DNA of 61,818 nucleotides, counting the filler, from Choristocarpus tenellus KU-1152 (lineage: Eukaryota > Protista > Phaeophyceae): assembly GCA_964200185.2 (NCBI GenBank). It is 4 parts of 4 records of this genome, joined end to end, with 100 filler letters (N's around TTAATTAATTAA, not from the genome) between each part and the next. Parts side by side here need not be neighbours in the genome. Positions count along the whole stretch, not along the records: positions 1 to 21,411 come from CAXNAD020000347.1; positions 21,512 to 31,828 come from CAXNAD020002993.1; 2 more parts are not named here. The stretch is one strand, 5' to 3'. Each line of letters starts with the position of its first letter. Within the stretch, counting starts at the first letter, position 1. The translations under genes were made by a program, and so were the position numbers. The notes beneath the pieces are model-generated. The model saw only the letters and a list, made by a program, of their open reading frames with translations. It did not search any database and had not been told where the DNA came from. Shown here piece after piece: positions 13,578-25,410 of this stretch.

Positions 13578-15353
13578 TAATGCCCCCCTTCCCCCTCCTC
13601 ATACTTCCCTAAGCCTAGGTACCCTCCACCCAGGAAAGGTTCATTTAACCAAGGTAGTAATGGCTTTCTTGTTTGGACCACAAATGTGTATTTTTTGTAT
13701 GATCATGCATGGTGAAGAGGGTGTTTTCATCGGTGCTACTTGAGAAAGGATGACATTAAGATGGTGGATGGGGAGTGGGTGCTTTTTTTGGAAGGGAGCT
13801 GAGTATTAATGTGTGTGGAACTCTGTCTGTGCCTAAGTATCTGTTCATGGTCACACTTTTGCACCAGAAATCGTACTTCTCTTGTAAGTTGGAGGTTTCT
13901 TTACAAAATCTTATACAGACACCAATATCAAAACAAATACCACAATCAACATGTGAAGTTTTAGTGTGCTGTACAATCCTTTTTGGAACCTATTAACCCT
14001 ATGCATCAAATATATTCTATCTTCGTCTTCCCTCTGTAGGGAATCAGGAAAGCGGTGCTCATGGGACCTGATCCCAGCTCTGATTGCATCAAACATCGAG
14101 ATTCTACTTTCACAGCAGTGATATCTCAATACTTGACACAGTGTTCAGTTATCGTACTTCACAGAGCACTCAAAATCTGTGATGCATGATGTAACCACGG
14201 ATAACATCAGGCAGCAACCACAATCCGTTGGAAAGGGTACTGAGAGCTTGGACACTCGCTACCTTGAGCAGCCTCACCATTATATTGAAGTGCTAAAAGA
14301 TAAAATGATAGACCACACATCTCCAGCAGCAAAAATTAAACTTAGTGCTGCACCTCCCAGGGTGAACATCTAGTTGGTGGGAGGGCAGGGGGTAAAACAC
14401 AGAATATACAGGCTATTCATGAACTATTCTGTATAGGTGAAGTGTTTTGTAGAAACCATAAATCTGAAAGTTTGTGAGGAGTAGACACTGATGTTTCTAT
14501 GTGTACCACAGAAAATAATCCAATGGAAGACTTCATGTAAGGTAAATACAATGCTAGAGATGCAATCCCACATTCCTCAGTGCCTGTTCTGCACGGATGG
14601 TCTATGTAGAGGAAGATCAAGGAAGAAATCGTGGAATCACAAAACAAAACAATCCAAGGCTTGCTTGGAGTAGAATAGATTGCCCCTTTATCCAACACAT
14701 AACTGCCCACTCCAAATACCTGAGGTATGACCGGAAGTAGTCACTCTATTCACCCAATGATTTCCACTGGGTGCTGGAGTGAATTGGTGTGGTGATCAGA
14801 GAGCCTACACTAAAAATCACCAAAATGACTCTTTCAATGCCTCCCCCCCACAACATCTATCAAGTGGCCATTGGGGGTTAGGATCACATACTGTGGTGCT
14901 AGCCTGAGCATTTGCTGCCTCTGCCTTAGTCTTAGCACCAACAACTTTGTCATCAGCCTCCTCCTTAGCCATTCCAATCTCTTCACCCCCCCCCATTCCA
15001 CTGACCCCCCCAAGTGGAAGTCCAGAAAACCTACCAGCTTTTCAGCCGATAACCCAATCACAAGCGGGAGGAAACAGCCTCTGGACACAACACTTGCTCC
15101 AAGTAGTACAGCCAGAGTTAGTGAATTGGCTACATTGCGTTCACTCTGGACCAGGCGGTATTGAAGGCATCAAAAGCAGGTCAAGGATGAAGTAGGCATG
15201 CATGGAGAAAGGCATATTTTCTTGAGTTAATCAAGGCCTTATATAAGCAGTGCTTTTTGCAATAAGAATCTCTGCACTCTTGCTCAAATCACAACTAAGC
15301 GAGTGTATATTCCTAGAGAGAGCACTACAGACTGTTTGAAATCCAAATTCACT

Positions 15354-17384
15354 TCAAGGTCTTGGCTTTCCTCTTTGTACCAGAATACTTTCAACATATC
15401 CGTAGAATGCTATCGGGGAACAAGAAATTAATCTTGTCTAAAAAGGAGCAGTACTATTTACATCGAACAACATAACCTGGAGGTCTGTTCATTAATGTTG
15501 CAAAATGGTCCTCGTACTGACCCAATTCTTGTGCTGGTCCTGAAGGACTCTGATGTGTCCTCCCAAGGTTACTGCATACATGGATCACTGGGCATAATTT
15601 CGAGGGCTTTAGGGGTATTTTCTTCAAATGTTGACATCCTAGAACACATCTCTTGCCGAAAACAAAACCCAGGGCCTCCAGTGTAATTTAACACAGCAGT
15701 GCGGAAGGGATGCTTGGGTGGAGTGAGTGCAGTACCACAACATTACACTGGATAAGTGTTGCCTTCACAAAGCAATCAGGTCAAACGACTCAAGCCGCAC
15801 CTCCATAACCCCGGAAATGTACACCATCCTGCACAGTTTGTATTTATCCACCCTCTCGAACTCTACCTAGGTCACCTTCAATGTGCTCCCTCATCCCCAT
15901 AGAAGATAAGAACTAAGGGATTCAGCACTATCATGCACCCTAATAGGCATAGGTGTAAAGCGCAGAAGAACACACCTTATCTCCATTCCAAGGATCCAGG
16001 GAAGGGGTATCCTCTGGTTCCTGCCTTGTGTTCGACTCTGGTAATGATTGTTTGTCAGGCCCCACAAGTCGATCGTTAAACCTTGCCCTGGCCCGCAAGA
16101 GTTTAACTTCGGCTCTGAGCAATGTAGTGATGATGCGGAGCTGCAGGTGTTGGAGAAAAAACATGTGGTGAAAGAGGGAAACTCACATAAGATGTAGAAT
16201 GAAGATATATAGTTTCCGAAGTGTGCGTTAACTCATACTGAAAAGTCGTGAGTGGCCTTGAATATCTCAATCCTTCCCTGACTTCACATCCCATTGCGCT
16301 GCCTCCCCTCACAGATAGGACAGTCAAGAAGATGTTTAGAGTGGATAAAGCACTGGGGAATTAGCGTTTGTGAGAGAAAAGAATATAACGTTAGCTTCGG
16401 CTGTGTGTGGCTGAGTGGACAATGCCGCATGCCCACCACCTAATTTGGATGAGGATCCCCTGAATGGAACACTAAGCAGCACATACCAAATCACTACTGC
16501 AACCAGGAGGGTGAGACAAAAATGGGTAGAACCCATGAAACGCAACCAAAGAGTTACCTCTCGAATGCCTTCCAGTTCTTTCGCCTTGAGCTCTATTTTC
16601 CTGTCATGCGTACCGTCTGTGGGGTCTTGGCGAATAGGAATCTTGAAGGTGCGCTTGAGCCAGTCAGATAAAACAGGTAAGCCCTGCTGCCCACTCGGCC
16701 ACCATGACTGCAGAGACATGAGTGGACGGTCAAGAAGTCCAAAGGGTAAAGGGGTGCCAAAGATATCTGCTAGACCAAATGTTGTCTGTATTTTGGGGGA
16801 AGCAATTTGTGACTTTTGTAGTTAACTATAGTAGTTTTCTTACAGCGTGGGACAAATAAGTCCAATCAAAGTGTTGGAGGAGGTTGCAGATCAGTCGAAT
16901 CATCATTGGTCGAAATATATCTCCAAAGCAAATGCGCTAGGGTATCCGAAAGGGACGATTGCAGGTACTAAAACGCAAATAGAAGGCCATACGAGCTCCT
17001 TCACCATATTCTGATAGCAGCCTATTACATTGATATCTGCATGGAGATACCAAATTACAGAGGAAGCGACCATCATAACTCTAAATTCGACACCACTCTA
17101 ACCTCCTGGGACATGGAGGGATTCGGACCAGGTCGTCCCGATGCCTGCAATTCCCATTTCGAAGGTGTCCATGAGTAAATCCTCGACAGAGTCCAAGATC
17201 GATTTTGTAGTTGTAGATTAAAGCCATATGCTATGCCTGGAGGCCAACAAGGAAAAGCGAAAAAGATACTCAGAGAGTGGGTAAATATTAGGATGGTGTA
17301 CACGATAAAAATACGACACGCACCGACAGGATACGCTCCCACCAGGAAGGACATTAGGGTACGGGCATGGCGATACCACTTCAT
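15354..17384 (-). CDS. Uncharacterised protein with putative bipartite plastid-targeting presequence; exons 17384-17324, 17236-17103, 16707-16558, 16140-15976, and less certainly 15866-15801, 15675-15477, 15409-15354
   Basis: GT-AG exons join in phase to give MKWYRHARTLMSFLVGAYPVGIAYG-FNLQLQNRSW..., followed by a short coiled coil (KIELKAKELEGIRELRIITTLLRAEVKLLRAR). The 5' region is CpG-rich. The last three exons are weaker. Confidence 0.55.
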
Positions 17385-17867
17385 TTTCCAAGGAGTGTGC
17401 ACGGCAAGAGGGTCTGGGTTGTGGGAAAAAGGGTGGAATTCCAAGTCAAAAGTGACGATCAACACAGTAGTTGACAGAGGATTGTACATAGGATTATTGA
17501 AGACTGAACAAAAGTTCAATAAAAAAGAAAATAGTAATTACACAAACTATAATACGACCTCTCACACGTTTCAATCCGTCCAAAATCGTGTTTTTGCTTT
17601 CCTCGTCTTAGCCTTCCATTCATTCTCCTCCTCCTCAATCGCTGTAACACCACTTCTTCCATCCCTCCCCACACTATCCCTGTTATCCCACAAACTACGC
17701 AGCCAAATTCACATCTCCAGTCACCAACCACAACGGCCAACTCGGTCCGTCTAGTTTCCAACCAGTGCGATTTCCACACCAACCAATGCGGCCAATTTCT
17801 ACAAATCCATTCTACCTTCCTCCACCACACTCTACGACACCTTCCTCCGCAATAGTTTCCACCACTA

Positions 17868-17945
17868 TCCACTACACCACACCAGACGACACCACACCAC
17901 ACCACACCACACCGCACCACACAACACAACACCACTCCACAACAC
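17868..17945 (+). repeat. Imperfect (CACCA/CACAA)n pentanucleotide microsatellite
   Basis: Read directly: 'cacaccac accagacgac accacaccac accacaccac accgcaccac acaacacaac'. Confidence 0.9.
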
Positions 17946-18399
17946 TCTATATTCATCGAAGAACACCCCTTCATCATCCACTTCAATACCGCGCCTTTGA
18001 ACTAGAAGAGATATCTACCCCGACCGAACTTGACCATCCCCCCAACAATATACCACTCAATCGCGAGCAATCAAGAGGGTGGATGTGTGTTTGGGAAAGA
18101 TTAGTTGGAAGTTCCCGTGATCTTGTCTTTCCTTGCACTACGCCACCACCCTTGACTTTAACTCTGCCCCAATCCTTCTTACCTCGTGCCTCCATCTACC
18201 ACTTATTTCCTTTAACTTCTCGAATGCTACACCTGCTTCCCAGCCATCATTTCTTCAACTTTTCGTCTATCCTCCAATTCCTTTCTCCTATCGTTGCCAA
18301 GACTAAACTTACCATACGTATTTCCCCTTTCCAAATTATCTCGCTCACAATACCTAGATTACTTCATAAGCTTCCCCTTACTAAGAATACATATAAATC

Positions 18400-18850
18400 G
18401 TATGATTCTGTGGCAGCGTGGTTCACCCAGGGATGGCCAGGTCATGCTGGCTGACCGTGTCAGAGTAATGCTGATCTCGAGTGAAATTGGGATGTTTGTG
18501 GGGACTTGTTGACAATTCATCACGGAAGCATAAAAACCGTTTTGCGTTGTCTACTGCTGAGTCTGAGTATGTTTCACTCTTGTGTGAACTCAGCGAAAGG
18601 TCATATAACCTTTTCGGCAGGATTACTTGGTGTTGATGTCTGAGGACAGTGATGAAGATACCAGGATCGTTGAGCACTAGGGTATGTCCAGGGGTAGAAC
18701 AGAGCACCTTGACAATAGAACTCGACATAAGATACCTAAAGATTGTGCGCCAATTCGAAAGGGAAGGCCAGGTTGTAATTGGATATCTGCGTACAGAGTA
18801 CATTATCAACAATACGTGCTAAAATTTTGACAAGAGTTTGCTGAAGGAGT
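18400..18850 (+). mobile_element. Ty1/Copia RNase H remnant
   Basis: 'ALSTAESEYVSL' at 18544-18579 (Copia ALST.EAEY motif), followed by degenerate 'RTRH..IRYL' and 'GYLRTE...ILT' segments. Frameshifted. Confidence 0.75.
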
Positions 18851-19015
18851 CCTGAATAGGCATTCCAGCATTATCACTTCCGATGTGCAGTGGGCTAATT
18901 TGGATTTTAGTGAAGTTGTGGTGCTTGTTTAAACTTCAGAGCGGGTAGGATGTAACAGTTAGCTTTTCAAACATCAGTTAAACTATAGACATTATCATAG
19001 TTCTACTTGTCATCA

Positions 19016-19450
19016 TGGCAGATGAAATGTCAGACAACTGCGCTAGACAATGTACTTGACAATGCAAGTTAAGGCGACAACGGCAAGAAGAGCGTGGTAT
19101 AGGAGAAGGCAGCGTGAGGAATAACAAGGAAATCGATGGTGAAGTTGAGGTATTGGCAGTGAAATTTGTCCCCAACATCAAAGGAAGCATATCCCAAGCT
19201 TAGGATTTTTTCATAGATGTCAGGAGGCGTTCCAAGATGAGGGCTAAATACCTTGCGGAGGAATATGTCATTGAGGCGGGAGAAGCCTCCTCTCTGACAA
19301 TGACGAAAGCAACCAGTAGTTCAGCATGGGATAAACTGCTCAAGAAGGTGACTAAGATGTCACATATAGCAGCGGTGTGATGGGGTGTCCTCCTTTCTTT
19401 AGAGATGGAGGTAGGGGAAGTGTCCACAAGCGGTTGGAGATCACCTGTAA
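19016..19450 (+). mobile_element. Possible Copia gag N-terminal remnant
   Basis: ATG at 19016, then broken reading with 'SKMRAKYL' and 'SSAWDKLLKK', resembling the Copia gag 'W..L..Y' region. Lies next to the RNase H remnant. Confidence 0.35.
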
Positions 19451-19524
19451 GGATAAACTCCAACACCAGCTCGGAGTAGACTGTGGTATGCTATCAGTGG
19501 ATGCAGACTTGGTTAAGGAGTTTG

Positions 19525-19783
19525 GAGTGAAAGTATCTTAGAGGGTTCGAGTTTTTTCCTGTTTGTCCATTTCGGGCTTGGCTTCCGACGGGGTTTTAAT
19601 TACATTTTACCTACTCCGAAACGTTTCGGAGTAGGTAACATGTATACGTTATAAAAAGGTGTGTCCGGAACAAGGATATTGACATCTCCTAACAAACACA
19701 ATAGCCAAGGTTACATCGAAATCGCAACCTTGGATTGTGGACCCCAAATGGACGCGGCTCTACCCTCTAAGATACTTTGGCTC
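19525..19783 (+). mobile_element. MITE family A (Sola2-like), full copy, TSD TTTG
   Basis: TIRs GAGTGAAAGTATCTTAGAGGGT / ACCCTCTAAGATACTTTGGCTC; TTTG at 19521-19524 and 19784-19787; 259 bp; internal 32-bp palindrome. Confidence 0.92.
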
Positions 19784-21107
19784 TTTGGTGAGATCCTCTC
19801 AAGTGTTTAAAGCGAAGGAGGAGATTTTGAGAGAGTTGGTTGAGTTTTGGGACTGAAGTATTTTGCTGCACAGACCACTTCAGCTGCATCTGAATGCTCA
19901 TTTCCCTCTGCTGGAGAGACAATCACTGCCGAGCGTAACCATCTTTCTGGGGATGTAGTTGATGACACTGTGGTGCTGCACTCTTTTGGGTACGGCTTGT
20001 GTGCCCAAGTGAGGAAGGTATAAGTCGCAGGGAATCATAGTGATGGAGAAAAATGCACCACCCTGTGTAGTGTTTTTGCCACCTCTTCTGTCTTGAGGTC
20101 CTATATCTACATGGGCTTAGAGAGTGGTACATACTATTGTTATTTTCTCTTTGTTAGGTCATGTTTGCCTTGTTTGTGTCACCCAAGACAATGTGCTGAC
20201 CGTAGTCCTAACTTGAGGGACACAACTCAAGCATGCTTGTTGTATACAAACAACACGAATATACTATGCAGTGTGTGTTTTTCATCACACCTAACACCAT
20301 TGTGTTCTCGTATGACAAGTGATCAAAAGTTACTCCTTGTATTGAATGAAAGGGCACACGTTTCTTGCGACAAATGGAGCAGAGAGAAACGCACTTATTT
20401 TGACTTCCAACATCCAACTAAAACCAATATTAATACAGATGAAATATCAAAAACACTTTTTTGATCTGATTTTTTTTATATTTTCATGGTCCTATAACAA
20501 ATATCCAGAATTTTTCGACCGATATATACGATATACTTTTAATATATCATATAAATAAAAGATATTTGAATTTGAATCCCTTCACTCATTTTGAGGGACG
20601 TTTCATTAAGAGAGCAAAAATATGGTTGTGTTCTATTCAACAGAAGAGTGATGACTGATGAATTTCGATATAGAAACAGTACTATAGCAATATGAGTTTA
20701 CGAATAGGCACATGGATACTGGTCTCCAATGGAGAACAGACTACTAGTGATGGTAGCCAACAGGTTGATGGTCAATATAGAATAGCAACGAGATTTGGCA
20801 AGGGTGCCCATTTCTGGTGGACGAACTCACTCATCCTGTTCTTTCTCTCCACTCTACCAACAAAACAATCAATACAACCTGTACGCAAGGCCTGGAAACG
20901 TCTTCTTTAATCCAGTCAAACCCCCTTCGGAGGGTGTGACTGTAGAAGAGACGAAAGTTTGTTCGTATAGGCACCAAATCGACCTCTAGATGTATACGAT
21001 GTACAAATCACCAAAATGCACTCGCAGCGGCATTAAATTATCTGCGAAACTGGCCTCCACAATGGGATGACTCTAAAGACGATTTTGGATCGATGTTTAT
21101 TGCAAAC

Positions 21108-21360
21108 GAGTGACAATACCTAAGAGGGGGCAGTTTTTGTGGTCCCTGTTGCTGCCTTTTAAATGTATTTCGGCAACTGTGAAAGGCGATTTTTACTCAC
21201 AATATGTTTACATGAAACAATCTATTCTAGAGCCACAACCTCCAGAGGGACTTGAACTGCCATTTAGGCATGGGCATTGATGAATTATTGCACAAAGTTA
21301 AAAAATAACCTAAACTCAAAAAAGGGCCAAAATCAACACCCCTCTTAGATGGTGTCACTC
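21108..21360. mobile_element. MITE family D (GAG...CTC termini)
   Basis: TIRs GAGTGACAATACCTAAGAGGGG / CCCCTCTTAGATGGTGTCACTC; 253 bp; no matching TSD; single copy in the window. Confidence 0.7.
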
Positions 21361-21390
21361 AGTAGGCACCGCTCCTCTACTAATCTTGAT

Positions 21391-21411
21391 AACCCAAAGT
21401 ATCTGGGGGGG
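21391..21411. mobile_element. MITE family B terminus at a contig end
   Basis: CCCAAAGTATCTGGGGGGG runs into the gap. The same terminus occurs at 31766, 39514 and 61800, and in reverse at 21729-21750 and 39630-39650. Confidence 0.8.
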
Positions 21412-21511
21412 NNNNNNNNNNNNNNNNNNNNNNNNNNNNNNNNNNNNNNNNNNNNTTAATTAATTAANNNNNNNNNNNNNNNNNNNNNNNNNNNNNNNNN
21501 NNNNNNNNNNN
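21412..21511. other. Artificial contig spacer (N44-TTAATTAATTAA-N44)
   Basis: Exactly 100 nt with a six-frame stop linker; identical to the spacers at 31829 and 39530. Confidence 0.98.
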
Positions 21512-21589
21512 TTAATGAATTGTTGGGTGTATTTGTTTTGTGTGTTGGGGGTGTTGGTGGGGTGGGGGGGGGGGGGGGGGGGGGGGGGT

Positions 21590-21750
21590 GGGGTCGTTTG
21601 TGAGGTGGCGTCTGTTTCGGTCAAACAACTCTATTTTTTTGCTGACATTTCAAATCCGACACGTGCGACCAAATCACACCAAAAAGGTTAAAATCGGAAA
21701 AGGGTGAAAAACGGACGCCGATACTCCTCCCCCCCCAGATACTCTGACCC
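21590..21750. mobile_element. MITE family B, right-hand portion
   Basis: Ends in CCCCCCCCAGATACTCTGACCC, the reverse complement of the family B terminus; CpG-rich interior. Confidence 0.7.
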
Positions 21751-22495
21751 GTTCAGGTTCTTCGAAAGACAGCTACTGAGAAAATTGGTGAAATATTATT
21801 CCATTTTCATTGATAAAAAATTATCTGATCCACAGGCTATTTGGCACTGGACTCCACGGCATAACTTGTCGCTGTTTCAGAGGCTAAATATCTTGTGCCA
21901 TCAATAGCTACCCAATACACATTTTATTTTCCAGTCAGAAAAGTATGCTATAGTTGGTATTATTAGTATCAATAACATGAAATCTCCATCGCTGGGCACA
22001 AATCCATCTTTTTGGCGATGGACTTTTGTTTTAATAAAGGCATGTAGGGTCTACAGGCTGTGAGCACTAGGGATCTAGGTATGATGAGTTGTTGTTGTCC
22101 AATACATTGGGCCTGTGCCTTGCAATTGGCAAGAAATATTCGAACACCATAGACTAGATAGTGATGCCCTGGAACTACTTCAGAGTAATCTCTACTCACT
22201 AGTGGAATCCTAACGCCAACACTAATACTGTAGTAAAGGTTTCCTGACAACTAATATCTTAGATCACATGTATACAAGTTCATGAATCATCTGTTACATG
22301 TTTTTTTGCAGCAATTCCAGACCAAAACTGGACACCAATATATATGGTGAATGTAGTGTACTCTATGTCTCCTAATGCGATGCTGCTCAGCAACCCCTAA
22401 CAATGGAAAATCAAACACCTTATTACAAGAGGGAAGACTAGACAAACAGGCATCCTCGGCTTGAATCTCCATGCAAGAACTTGGATAAGAGAAAT

Positions 22496-23047
22496 ATTTG
22501 TAGTAGGTATTGGCAAAATTGTGAAAGCTTTTGACTGGTGTAGATATATTTGCATTCCGTTGATGTGAGTGTCATCTTCTACTTTGATTTTTTGAGTATA
22601 TTTATTAATTTTTACGAAAGGCGAAATTTGTCTGGTCAAGTATACGGATATGGTGATGGTGATATTTGTGTGCTCTCTCAGTCTACCAGAAATCAAGAGT
22701 TTGCCAAAAGCTGCGTTTGTCCGTGGTTCAGCCTCCCAGGAACCATTATGCAACCTTTTCCATCAATAGATTTGTAGTAGGCGTTGGCAAAGTAATGAAA
22801 GTTTTCGACTGGTGTAGATATATTTGCGTTCCGTTGATGTGAGTGTAAGCTTCTACTTGGAGTTTTTTGTGTATATATTACATTTACGAAAGGTATGTTA
22901 TTTTGGTCAAGTATACTGATACCGTGATGGTGATATTTTTGTGTGCTCTCTCAGCCTACCAGAAATCAAGAGTTTGCCAAAAATTGCGTTTGTTCTGAGG
23001 TTCAGCCTCCCAGGAGCCATCATACAACCTTGTTTCCTATCAGTAGA
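22496..23047. repeat. Diverged tandem duplication, two units of ~274 bp
   Basis: Units begin 'atttgtagtagg' at 22496 and 22770 and share blocks such as 'gactggtgtagatatatttgc', 'taccagaaatcaagagtttgccaaaa' and 'ggttcagcctcccagga'. Confidence 0.92.
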
Positions 23048-23524
23048 TATGGGGTCAAGAATAATCAAAAACACTTTCATCAGCACTGATCTTGTGCAGA
23101 GTTCAAATGTTGAATGTTTGGTCAATTCTTCATACTACCCTTGCACTTAATTTCACAGCGAGTATGTAGGCACTTCTTCGGTACTAAGATTTGCAGTCAC
23201 ACGTTCATGAAGTATCATATTACGCGAATTTAGTCAGGGTAGAGAAGATAGGAACTGATGTTCTGTTTCGATTTCGAACTTGGATTTTTGAAGCCTCAGC
23301 AGTGTTGGTACTACATGCACTCATACTCTGCAAGAAACATTGTGTATGTACTTCAAAGGAAAATATTTGAAACGAAAAAATCGCGTTGTTAACATGCCGT
23401 GATCAATCCAATAATAGCTGCACATGGTGTTTGAAAACACCGTTGTAGTGTCTTAATTTCTAAAACAGGGACTAAGACTGTCAGGGAATCGAACTTGAAT
23501 GATGTACATTTTTTCACAGACTCT

Positions 23525-23777
23525 TGTCCGTGAGGGTTCACATAAAACTTTTGAACTATTTCTGTGTTTTATATTATCGTTTGACCAATGAAAAGACCCC
23601 AACACTATCATATTTGTCTTGAAAAAGAGAACGAAATGCGTAAGACCTACCTGTCCGTGAGGGTTCACATAAAACTTTCGAACTATTTCTGTGTTTTAAT
23701 TATCTTTTGACCAATGAAAAGACCCCAACACTATCATGTTTGTCTTGAAAAAGAGAACGAAATGCGTAAGACCTACC
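23525..23777. repeat. Near-identical tandem duplication, two units of ~127 bp
   Basis: 'tgtccgtgagggttcacataaaactt...gcgtaagacctacc' occurs twice with only a few differences. Confidence 0.95.
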
Positions 23778-23919
23778 TACCTATTATGTTGGTGAATCAG
23801 AATCCACAAACATAAGTATTTGAAGAAAACAAGTTGAGCACCAAGCAGATGGATCCTGATCTTCTTTCTATTCTCGCGTCCTGGATGCGTTCTACATATA
23901 CCGCACTTAGCTACTATCT

Positions 23920-24571
23920 ATGCAGGTGTGGAGGCGCGCTCGTCTTTCTCCCTTTCGAGTTCTTCCTGGTCTAGTTTCTGCTCCACCATGAAACATCGAG
24001 ATCTCTTCTTTAGTGACTACTGGCCTTTCACAGCTTTGACGATTTCTTTCGTGGCTTCAGCACAAAAACCTCAGCCTCGTGGTTCTCACCAGCTACCCTC
24101 GTTCGTCTCACCTCTTCTTTACAAAGAATTTAAAGGCTTTCGACCCGTTTTCGCCCTCCCTCGTCAAAGTGGCCTCCATAATGGTGTAGGTTTGCTTGAC
24201 TTTGTTCTCCGCCTCTACTTTCACTCCCCTCAATTAGATCTCCACCTCGACTCCTTTCTTGACGATGGTCTTAGAGCGTCAGCGATCGCCTGCTTCCCTT
24301 CAACAGCAGACGCAATTGCAGAAGAGCTCTGTTCCACGATCCGTTTAGCATCTCGATCCAGATGTGGTTTTGCCATGCAGGTGATGACATGTTTGACCGT
24401 GTAGGCCTTGTTTTTCTTCTTAGCAGTGTTGGATCTCCTTCGCGCACTGCCTCCTAGTCGCCCACACACGTTGGCGGTCTTGCCTATTTTCGATACAACT
24501 TATATCAGCAACCACAAGGACGATTGAGGTGCGGTTTGTTGCACAGAAGCCATAAAAATCCCTCTTTTCAT
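23920..24571 (-). pseudogene. Decayed intronless ORF with a GIY-YIG/T5orf172-like N-terminus and a charged coiled-coil tail
   Basis: From ATG 24571: MKRGIFMASVQQTAPQSSLWLLI*VVSKIGKTANVCGRLGG..., with an in-frame TAA at 24500-24502. KIGxT...RL is typical of T5orf172/GIY-YIG domains. Frameshifted Lys/Glu-rich sequence follows. Confidence 0.4.
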
Positions 24572-24949
24572 CGTTTTGAAACCATCTCTGACAAATTTCC
24601 TATTCTGTGATTTGCAAAGGGAAGAACATAGTGAATTAAAACCCCCATGTATAACTTCCAGGAAAACAATTCATCCTTAAAATAGCCTTAAGTATGGTGG
24701 AACTATCTCCAAAAACCTCAACATGGACAATTATTTCTCATTGTAAGGGATGTGTAAGAATGTTCAATTCTATCTGCAAGTCTTGCGACAGAGAGGAGAA
24801 GTCTTCTATCATTTGTGGGACACCAATATCACAACCACGTGGGCCTAGCGACGACCACAAAAGAAAGAAAAATTTGACTCTCATTCTCAGTCCTAACAGT
24901 AATTGGTGGGGGTCTTAATGTGTGTACTTGGGATTCAAGCAGATCTGGA

Positions 24950-25410
24950 AAGCATATTGCCATCTGAGATCCGGATCCCTCCTGTGTACGCCACTGGAGT
25001 GCAGATCAGACCAGGAACAGGGGGTACGTTATGCCCTTGGACCTGGCCCAGGAACCTCATACCTGTTTCTGAGGCTTGACTTGTGCCAACCAGTTGAAGC
25101 CCTCAACTTGTGCCTAAGCAGCTGAACTATGTGTTATCCTTGCACTGAATATTGTAAAGTTCCTCTATCCTCGTGCAGATTGTCCCAAAGACTTAGAATC
25201 TTGCAATTTTGCACATGATTATCAACATCGTTAAAATGCAATTCTGGGTACCTGTCGTTTACTTCAACTGCATGTACCTGTATTCTGCACTTATCCCAAG
25301 GTATGTCGACTCTGGAAAACAATAGCATTGTGGTTATGGTTAGAGGGTTGGCAGTAGTGCAAGTGTGTAATCCCTGTGGTTGAACCCTTTTGGCAGAGGT
25401 CACATCCTCA
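24950..25410 (-). mobile_element. Possible LINE reverse-transcriptase remnant
   Basis: Degenerate 'QKG', 'F.DVD.H' and 'RGTLQ' segments occur in RT order; heavily decayed. Confidence 0.3.

Noticed and set aside
17516-18454. 229-aa and 156-aa ORFs
   Set aside because: Kept open by the CACCA microsatellite and low-complexity sequence; no domain or splice support.
21456-21467. TTAATTAATTAA palindrome repeated three times (also 31873 and 39574)
   Set aside because: Always centred in N44 padding: an artificial six-frame-stop linker, not biology.
21391-21750. One MITE spanning the gap
   Set aside because: The flanks share no TSD and the spacer is artificial; the same holds at 39514-39650.
24500-24502. 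In-frame stop as readthrough or an alternative genetic code
   Set aside because: The surrounding ORF also has frameshifts, and the intact gene models translate normally with standard stops.
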